DNA of 64,000 nt, taken from Candidatus Daviesbacteria bacterium (GTDB lineage: Bacteria; Patescibacteriota; Microgenomatia; Daviesbacterales; UBA10151). Of this stretch, positions 48,107 through 54,734 are shown piece by piece; the stretch's first letter is position 1; the number at the start of each line of letters is the position of its first letter. Position numbers and translations under genes: made by a program. A model generated the notes under the pieces. It searched no databases, had not been told where the DNA came from, and saw nothing but the letters and a program-made list of their open reading frames with translations. The stretch covers positions 94,616 through 158,615 of the forward strand of contig JACPKL010000010.1 of assembly GCA_016187035.1 (NCBI GenBank). Direction: 5' to 3'.

Positions 48107-48323
48107 ACTATATTCTGCCAGAGTCATCATTCATGCTTTACAAAGAGCAAATTTTGAGGTTATTAGTCAGAAAGGCAGTCATATTAAACTGCATAAAAAA
48201 GAGGGAGAAAAATCTTCTACAGTGATCGTTCCTAATCACAAAGAAATAGCCATCGGGACTTTTAACAGTATCTTAAAACAAGCAGGAATAACACGAAAAG
48301 TGCTTGAAGAATTTATTAGATGA
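48099..48323 (+). CDS. hicA: HicA-family mRNA interferase toxin
   Basis: VIIHALQRANFEVISQKGSHIKL...ILKQAGI, YcfA/HicA fold. Overlaps hicB by 8 bp. Confidence 0.75.
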   Translation: MPKLYSARVIIHALQRANFEVISQKGSHIKLHKKEGEKSSTVIVPNHKEIAIGTFNSILKQAGITRKVLEEFIR

Positions 48324-48331
48324 TGAACTGA

Positions 48332-48355
48332 TCAGCCAGATTTGTGGATATATAT
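48332..48355. repeat. 24-bp direct repeat, copy B
   Basis: Identical to 47383-47406. Confidence 0.9.
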
Positions 48356-48358
48356 TTA

Positions 48359-48781
48359 TTATAATCTCTCTAAATATTTTAAAATTTCAGCCCCAAATTG
48401 ACGGAGATCTTTTAAGTCCTCTTTATAATCTTTAAAAAGAAGATGGAAGTCGAAATCATTATAGCCGTGTACAACTCTATTTCTAAAATCTGCTGCCTGA
48501 CCCATTTCAAAAGCTAGCTCTTTTGATATAATTCCTTTTTCTCCTAAAAAGCTAAAGGCATCTTTTGCTGTCTCTTTTTCAGATACATTAAGCCCGGCAA
48601 TAGTATGGGCTGCAATATCAATGCAAGTTTCAACTCCCTGCTGCAAACGGAAAACCACCAAATCATGAATATCAGGGTTTTCCACAAAAGTTTCTTCACT
48701 AAAATCCATGTTCTCAATTTTTTGGGTTTGTTCGTTCAGAAAATCCAGTTTTTTGGCAATTAAAGATTTATTAACCGGCAT
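48359..48781 (-). CDS. hepT: HepT-like (DUF86) toxin
   Basis: FRNRVVHGY (Rx4HxY) motif near the C-terminus. Confidence 0.75.
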   Translation of the reverse strand: MPVNKSLIAKKLDFLNEQTQKIENMDFSEETFVENPDIHDLVVFRLQQGVETCIDIAAHTIAGLNVSEKETAKDAFSFLGEKGIISKELAFEMGQAADFRNRVVHGYNDFDFHLLFKDYKEDLKDLRQFGAEILKYLERL

Positions 48782-49178
48782 AAGCGAATTTATCTTTCAA
48801 ATAAGAATAGTATATTTTTCTAATGTGAGCGCTATCGTAATAATTCCTAGCAGCGAATACTTCAAAATAAACCTTAGCCTGTTCTGATTTCTGATAAATA
48901 CATTTTCCGGTACTTATAACTTGAAACAAAAATATTGGGGAAGATCTTTTATCAACTACAGACAAATCCAAATCCTTAGGAAAACTAATATGGGAAATTA
49001 GATTATAAACATCCTTATGGTCTAGTCTGGATACATCATCTATCACCACAGCTAAATCAAAATCGCTCTCCTTTTTTACTCTACCACTAACTGCCGAACC
49101 TAAAACATAGGCCAGTTTTATTTTCGGCTCCTTGGATAAAGCTGTGTTAATTTGCTTAGTCAAATTATTATCTATCAT
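48771..49178 (-). CDS. mnt: MNT-type minimal nucleotidyltransferase antitoxin
   Basis: GSAVSGRVKKESDFDLAV (GSx9-13DxD) motif. Overlaps hepT by 11 bp. Confidence 0.75.
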   Translation of the reverse strand: MIDNNLTKQINTALSKEPKIKLAYVLGSAVSGRVKKESDFDLAVVIDDVSRLDHKDVYNLISHISFPKDLDLSVVDKRSSPIFLFQVISTGKCIYQKSEQAKVYFEVFAARNYYDSAHIRKIYYSYLKDKFAYAG

Positions 49179-49188
49179 TAGATGAGTA

Positions 49189-49878
49189 TTATAGCATCTC
49201 TGAGAATTTAAAACTTTCTAAAATTTTATCTCCGCTTTCGTCTATTATTCTAAATAAATACATCTTGCCATTATTTGATATATAAAGATATTTAGGGGTA
49301 TTTGGCTGATAAGTAACAATTTTATATTTGGCAATCTTCCCGCTTATTGTTGCCTCTTTATCCAAAGCTACATGTCCCTTTGATTCAAAGTCAAATACTC
49401 CCCAAAGAAAAGGGTAATACCAATATTTATCAAACCAACTTTCTACGGTTAAACCATTTGGGTTGTCAAATACCCAGACAGAAATAGGGCTTTTATCAAA
49501 GTTTTGGTCTTTTTCTAAAACTACTACAGCTCCTAATAATTTCCCTGGCTCATACCCCACATATCCTTTAAAATTCTTTCTAAAATCCCCATTACCTCTT
49601 TTGTTATATTCTTCTTCAGAATCTTCTTTTACAGTTAAATCCTCATTAGGATAAGTTAACTGAAAACCCAGTTGCTTATTCTGATACGTTTGCTCTTTAT
49701 TTTTTTCGACAGATTTTAAGCTTAAGACGTTTTTTTGTATTGGTAAGATAGTCTTTTTTATATCTGGCTGATTTATATTTTTTGGCTGTTTATTTCGTAA
49801 TATCCAATACACTCCACCACTGGCCAATATCGTTAATACTACAGAAATCATTAAAAGCTGGGCAAAACCTTTTTGCAT
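49189..49878 (-). CDS. membrane-anchored hypothetical protein (MQKGFAQLLMISVV anchor)
   Basis: N-terminal anchor with the recurrent MQKGFA motif. Confidence 0.45.
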   Translation of the reverse strand: MQKGFAQLLMISVVLTILASGGVYWILRNKQPKNINQPDIKKTILPIQKNVLSLKSVEKNKEQTYQNKQLGFQLTYPNEDLTVKEDSEEEYNKRGNGDFRKNFKGYVGYEPGKLLGAVVVLEKDQNFDKSPISVWVFDNPNGLTVESWFDKYWYYPFLWGVFDFESKGHVALDKEATISGKIAKYKIVTYQPNTPKYLYISNNGKMYLFRIIDESGDKILESFKFSEML

Positions 49879-49899
49879 AATTACATAATAAATTAACTA

Positions 49900-50610
49900 T
49901 TGCTAAAATACAATTCATTCTGTTATTATCGGCCAATGGTGAAAAAAGCTCAAAATTCAAAAGTTAAAATTCAAAACTTAATTAGTTTTCCCGGTGGAAA
50001 ATTAAATAATTTTCTTAATACTATACCTGAAACTATTGCTCATTTTAGATCAAGTAAAACTTTTTACCTTATTCTTCTGGCGGTTGGAATTTTACTTTTA
50101 GCTATTTTTAAAAAAGGTTGGTTTGTGGCAGCCTCTGTTAATGGAGCACCTATCACTAATTTAGAGTTGCAAAGCAAATTAAACCAACAATTCAGGACCC
50201 AAACATTAAACCAATTAATTAATGAAAAGATTATCCTGTCTGAAGCCGGCAAAAACATGGCTATCCCAATTGAACAAGATATAGATAAAAGGATAGCAGA
50301 ACTTGAAACAAATGTTGGAGGTAAAAGCACCTTAGATACCCTGCTTTCTCAGCAAGGACAAACCAGAGCCTCCTTGAAAGATCAAATTAGAGTACAACTA
50401 GCTATTACCAAAATGTATGAGAAAGAAGCTACAGTATCTGCTGAAGAAGTTACCAAGTTTTTAGAAAACAACAGACAAAGTTTACAAGCCACAGAATCTG
50501 CTGCCCAGGAAAAAGAAGCATATGACAGTCTAAAAAGCCAAAAACTTTCCCAGATTTTTTCCCAGAAATTCCAAGAACTCAAAAATAAAGCTAAAATCCA
50601 GATTTTTTAG
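49900..50610 (+). CDS. SurA N-terminal-domain-like periplasmic chaperone (no PPIase domain)
   Basis: TM anchor followed by a SurA_N-like helical region. Confidence 0.45.
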   Translation: MLKYNSFCYYRPMVKKAQNSKVKIQNLISFPGGKLNNFLNTIPETIAHFRSSKTFYLILLAVGILLLAIFKKGWFVAASVNGAPITNLELQSKLNQQFRTQTLNQLINEKIILSEAGKNMAIPIEQDIDKRIAELETNVGGKSTLDTLLSQQGQTRASLKDQIRVQLAITKMYEKEATVSAEEVTKFLENNRQSLQATESAAQEKEAYDSLKSQKLSQIFSQKFQELKNKAKIQIF

Positions 50611-50622
50611 TATAATGGGTCG

Positions 50623-51705
50623 ATGGATTTAAGGCCAATAGCTGACAAACAAAAATCTCAATACAACAAATTAGTTACTCATGTTATCCAGTCATGGGAG
50701 TGGGGAGAATTTAGAAAATCATTAGGGTTACCGGTTTTAAGATATGGGCTTTTTGAAGCTAACCAACTTACTGCAGCTTTTCAACTGACTTTGCACAAAA
50801 TACCTTTTACTAACAAATATGCCGGCTATTTACCAAAAGGCCCTGCTTCTGATTCGCAACTAGCTGAGGCTTTGGAAAAGATTGGCAGAAAACATAATTG
50901 CGCTTTTATCAAGCTGGAACCTAATATCCCCGTCATTGCGAGCGAAGCGAAGCAATCTTCTACCTTAACTAATAAGATTGCCACAGTACGTTCAGTTGAC
51001 ATGAACGTACCTCGTAATGACAAATTAGTAGATAAAAGTTTTATTCCTTCTCCAAAACCATTATTTACTAAATATAATTTTGTTTTGGATCTAACACAAT
51101 CAGAAGAGCAAATTTTAAAAAACATGCATTCAAAAACCAGATACAATATTAAACTAGCTCAAAAACATGAAGTAAAAGTTGAAGAAAAAACTGATGATGA
51201 AGCTTTTAAGATTTATTTAAAATTATATTTTGAAACAACTAAAAGGCAAGGTTACCATGGACATAATGAGTATTATCACCAAAAGGTTTGGGAAACTTTA
51301 AAAAAAACAGGAATGGCCAGATTACTGATTGCCTCATACAAAAACGAGCCTTTAACTGCCTGGATGCTTTTGAATTTCAAAGACACCCTTTATTACCCTT
51401 ATGGCGGATCTAACAAAAACCATCCGGAAGTAATGGCCAGTAACTTGATAGCCTGGGAAGCTATAACTTTAGGTAAAAAGCTGAAGCTTAAAAAGTTTGA
51501 TATGTGGGGAGCTTTGGGACCTGATGCTAATTCCAAAGATCCCTGGTATGGATTTCATAGATTTAAAGCTGGTTTCGGAGGAAAACTCATAGAATATATC
51601 GGCACTTATGATTTAGTCTTTGACTGGCCACTTTACTGGATGTTTACTTTAATAGATAAATTAACACCACTAAAAGTCTTTCTGTTAAAATTACTTGGAA
51701 AATAG
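50623..51705 (+). CDS. FemAB-family peptidoglycan interpeptide-bridge peptidyltransferase, carrying an in-frame palindromic insert
   Basis: FemAB/MurM-like N-terminus (HVIQSWEWGEF) and a GNAT-like C-terminal half. Insert at 50932-51021. Confidence 0.7.
   Translation: MDLRPIADKQKSQYNKLVTHVIQSWEWGEFRKSLGLPVLRYGLFEANQLTAAFQLTLHKIPFTNKYAGYLPKGPASDSQLAEALEKIGRKHNCAFIKLEPNIPVIASEAKQSSTLTNKIATVRSVDMNVPRNDKLVDKSFIPSPKPLFTKYNFVLDLTQSEEQILKNMHSKTRYNIKLAQKHEVKVEEKTDDEAFKIYLKLYFETTKRQGYHGHNEYYHQKVWETLKKTGMARLLIASYKNEPLTAWMLLNFKDTLYYPYGGSNKNHPEVMASNLIAWEAITLGKKLKLKKFDMWGALGPDANSKDPWYGFHRFKAGFGGKLIEYIGTYDLVFDWPLYWMFTLIDKLTPLKVFLLKLLGK
50932..51021 (+). repeat. 90-bp GC-rich palindromic element with perfect 11-bp terminal inverted repeats GTCATTGCGAG / CTCGTAATGAC, in-frame in the FemAB-like CDS
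   Basis: Shares its ends, core (gcgaagcaatcttc...aataagattgccac) and translation frame with the sbcD copy. Confidence 0.7.
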
Positions 51706-51768
51706 ATTTATGATTCACGATTTATGATTTATGAATATTCTTAAATCTTTAATCTTAAATCATTAATC
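51705..51768. repeat. AT-rich intergenic repeat with internal gatttatga/tcataaatc inverted repeats, second copy of 16258-16330
   Basis: Shares gatttatga, attcttaaatc and cttaaatcat blocks with 16258-16330. Confidence 0.5.
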
Positions 51769-51777
51769 AATTCTAAT

Positions 51778-52284
51778 ATGGACACTACACTAATCATCTC
51801 CGGAGGTATTTTGATAGGCTGCATTATATCCCTATCCTGGTTTGCTGGCTCTGATGCACCCTTTGTACCCACCAAAATGGATCATATCAGAAAAATCCTC
51901 AAGCTTGCCGGAGTTAAAAAAGGAAAAAGATTTTATGAGCTAGGATCTGGTGATGGCAGGGTTGTCCTTGCTGCTGCCAAACTGGGTGCTTATGCCGTTG
52001 GCATAGAACAATCCTGGATTAGGATTTTATATTCCAAACAATTAGCTTTACACCTTCCAGGTATCAACGTAAAGTTCTATCATGGAAATTTATTTTCCAA
52101 ATCCTATAAAGATGCTGATATTATTTATATTTACCTGCTTCATAAAGGTGTTAAGAAACTGGAGGAAAAGCTTAAAAAGGAATTAAAAAAAGGTGCTATA
52201 GTAATTACCCAAACTTATCATTTCCCAAACTGGAGACCATTTAAAAAAGAGGGGGATTTTTGGTTGTACAAACAAACATTTTAG
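51778..52284 (+). CDS. small class I methyltransferase-like protein
   Basis: YELGSGDGRVVLAAAKLGAYAVGIE Rossmann motif I. Confidence 0.5.
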   Translation: MDTTLIISGGILIGCIISLSWFAGSDAPFVPTKMDHIRKILKLAGVKKGKRFYELGSGDGRVVLAAAKLGAYAVGIEQSWIRILYSKQLALHLPGINVKFYHGNLFSKSYKDADIIYIYLLHKGVKKLEEKLKKELKKGAIVITQTYHFPNWRPFKKEGDFWLYKQTF

Positions 52285-53468
52285 TGTACGATCGTACAAG
52301 CAATTGGTACGGCTTTTGTAATCTGCTCAAGTCTCTCGTTTCTAATTGTATACAAATCCTCTATTCTGACCCCACCAAACATAGGAATATAAATCCCAGG
52401 CTCTATGGAAAAAACCATTCCTGTCTTTAAAACTTCCTTGCTTTTGGGTGAAAGGGAAGGATGTTCATGAACTTCAAGTCCTATCCCATGACCTAAGGAG
52501 TGAGGTAAATTCGGATAACCCTTAGACTTAATATAATCCCTGGCTACTTTGTCTACATCTGCTGACTGCACTTGCTTAGTAGAATTAATATAGTCTACTG
52601 CTTTCTTTTGTGCTTCTAAAGCTACCTCGTACATTTCCTGTTGTTTCCTGATAGGTTTTCCAAAAAATACAGTCCTGGTCATATCAGAACAATAATTTTC
52701 CCATTTTACTCCGAAATCGAGAAGGACGATTAGTCCTTCTCGTCCTGAGCGAGACTTCGACGGTGAGCTCAGTCGAACCGCGGAGCGAGTCGCACGTTCG
52801 ACAAGCTCAGTGCGACCCTGAGCGACAGTCGAATGGGTCGAAAGACCCAAAACAGTTTGTCCAGTTTGATGATGCGGTATAGCAGAATTTTTACCAAAAG
52901 CAACTATAGCTGGAAAAGAAAACTCTCCTCCTTGCCCTTTAATAAAATCCTCCAATTTATTAGCAATTTCTTTTTCAGTTACACCTATTTTAATCTGTTT
53001 TAAAATATACTCAAAAGCCAAATCCCCTATCTTACAAGCCTTTTTTATTTTCTTTATTTCATCAGGAGTTTTTATGCTCCTATTTAATTTAAAATGTTTT
53101 GTGGTTTTAAAATGCTTTTTTACTAATTTTGCCTCTAGTACAGTTAAATTATCCTCCTCTATTCCTAAAATTTTAATTTGATTTTTTAGCTTTTTAAACA
53201 ACTGTTCCGTTGGTGTTTGATGACTTCTTTCAAAAAGTTCAAAATGTGGCACTTGTTTTTTTATGGCATGGGTATATCTGCCATCAGTAATAATATATTG
53301 AAGATTATTTCCTATTATTAAGTAGGCTTCTCTTTCTTCCTTTGAAAAATTAGCATAACCTGTCAGATAAGTAATATTAGAAACAGAGGAAATAAAAACT
53401 GCATCTAATTTTCTTTCTTTAAGATTTTCCCTGATATTTTTTAATCTGGTTACAAACATGCCCCACAT
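52281..53468 (-). CDS. pepP: Xaa-Pro aminopeptidase (M24B), carrying a GC-rich in-frame insert
   Basis: Creatinase-like N-domain with M24 metal ligands (HGIGLEVHE) at the C-terminus. GC-rich insert at about 52745-52855. Confidence 0.8.
   Translation of the reverse strand: MWGMFVTRLKNIRENLKERKLDAVFISSVSNITYLTGYANFSKEEREAYLIIGNNLQYIITDGRYTHAIKKQVPHFELFERSHQTPTEQLFKKLKNQIKILGIEEDNLTVLEAKLVKKHFKTTKHFKLNRSIKTPDEIKKIKKACKIGDLAFEYILKQIKIGVTEKEIANKLEDFIKGQGGEFSFPAIVAFGKNSAIPHHQTGQTVLGLSTHSTVAQGRTELVERATRSAVRLSSPSKSRSGREGLIVLLDFGVKWENYCSDMTRTVFFGKPIRKQQEMYEVALEAQKKAVDYINSTKQVQSADVDKVARDYIKSKGYPNLPHSLGHGIGLEVHEHPSLSPKSKEVLKTGMVFSIEPGIYIPMFGGVRIEDLYTIRNERLEQITKAVPIACTIVH
52285..52298. repeat. TGTACGATCGTACA palindrome at a convergent gene junction
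   Basis: Perfect 14-bp palindrome between the 51778..52284 (+) and pepP (-) stops. Confidence 0.6.
52745..52855 (-). repeat. GC-rich palindromic in-frame insert within pepP, related to the grpE patch by the shared 11-mer gcgagacttcg
   Basis: Multiple internal inverted repeats (gctcagg/cctgagc, gggtctttcgaccc). Encodes HSTVAQGRTELVERATRSAVRLSSPSKSRSGREG. Confidence 0.55.
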
Positions 53469-53488
53469 TTTACCATGATATAATCCCT

Positions 53489-54733
53489 TTGATGAAACTT
53501 CTTCATTTTTCTGATCTTCATATTGGGATGGAAAATTATGCTAAATTGGATCCTGAAACAGGATTATCCTCAAGACTTTTGGACTTTTTTAAAACTTTTG
53601 ATTTTATTGTTGAAACTGCTTTTACAGAAGATGTTGATGCTGTTATTTTTGCTGGAGATGCTTATAAAACCCGTGACCCAAACCCTACCCAGCAAAGAGG
53701 TTTTGGTGAAAGAATTAAAAAACTAGCCAAAAAAATCCCGGTAATATTGGTCGTGGGAAACCACGATACTCCTAATGCTGACGGCAAAGCTAATACTTTG
53801 GATATATATTCTGCTTTGGAAATAGAAAATGTTTTGGTATCAAGAAAACCTGAGTACTTAGAAATCTCCACTAAATCAGGCTCCTTACAAATTATCACTC
53901 TTCCCTGGCTGCATAAAAATGACTACAAAACAATCGGGGATAAACTGCAACTGCAGTATGACAAAATCAAACCTTCCTCTCCTGCTATACTTTTATCACA
54001 TGCTGAAGTAGAAGGAGCAACATATGGGTCTGAAAAAGGCCTGGCAATTGCAAATGATGTGACTATTCCCCTGCCTCTTTTACAGGATAAAAGAATATCT
54101 TATGCGGCTTTAGGCCATATCCACAAACATCAAGTTTTATCAAAAAACCCTTTGGTTGTTTACTGCGGCTCTCCCCAAAGGATTGATTTCGGAGAAGAAA
54201 AGGAAGAAAAAGGCATATGCCTTGTGGAAATAAGTCCCTCTTTGTCATTGCGAGCGACAGCGAAGCAATCTTCCACCTCCAATAATAAGATTGCCACGTC
54301 CTCGTCTACGGCGACTCCTCGCAATGACGGTTTTACCGCCTCTTTTCAATTTATCCCTACCAATGCCAGAAAATTTTTAACCATTATCGTTAATTTAAAA
54401 AACGGACAAGAAAACCCTACTCAAACCATTCTGGAAGAAATTCAAAATTATGATATTAAAGACAAGATAGTCAGGCTGATTATAAACATCCCTGCTGATT
54501 GTAATAAAGAAATCCATATGGACAAAATTAAAAAAGCTTTATCCGCCTCTCACCTGATTGCCGGTATTTCCAGAAATGTGGAAAGAGTAGAAAGGGTGAA
54601 GTTTGATGGAGGGAAAGAAGTGGAAACTTTAACACCAGTTATGGCTTTAAGAAAATATTTTGAGTTTAAAAAATACCCTCTTCAAAAACAAAAAGAGTTG
54701 GAAAAATACGCTGCCCAGCTGTTAGATAGTTAA
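53489..54733 (+). CDS. sbcD: exonuclease SbcD (Mre11-like), carrying an in-frame palindromic insert
   Basis: LLHFSDLHIG phosphoesterase motif I. Insert at 54244-54328. Confidence 0.85.
   Translation: MMKLLHFSDLHIGMENYAKLDPETGLSSRLLDFFKTFDFIVETAFTEDVDAVIFAGDAYKTRDPNPTQQRGFGERIKKLAKKIPVILVVGNHDTPNADGKANTLDIYSALEIENVLVSRKPEYLEISTKSGSLQIITLPWLHKNDYKTIGDKLQLQYDKIKPSSPAILLSHAEVEGATYGSEKGLAIANDVTIPLPLLQDKRISYAALGHIHKHQVLSKNPLVVYCGSPQRIDFGEEKEEKGICLVEISPSLSLRATAKQSSTSNNKIATSSSTATPRNDGFTASFQFIPTNARKFLTIIVNLKNGQENPTQTILEEIQNYDIKDKIVRLIINIPADCNKEIHMDKIKKALSASHLIAGISRNVERVERVKFDGGKEVETLTPVMALRKYFEFKKYPLQKQKELEKYAAQLLDS
54244..54328 (+). repeat. 85-bp GC-rich palindromic element with 11-bp TIRs GTCATTGCGAG / CTCGCAATGAC, within sbcD
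   Basis: Encodes ...RATAKQSSTSNNKIATSSSTATPRND..., paralleling the FemAB copy (...SEAKQSSTLTNKIAT...PRND...). Confidence 0.7.
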
Positions 54734-54734
54734 T

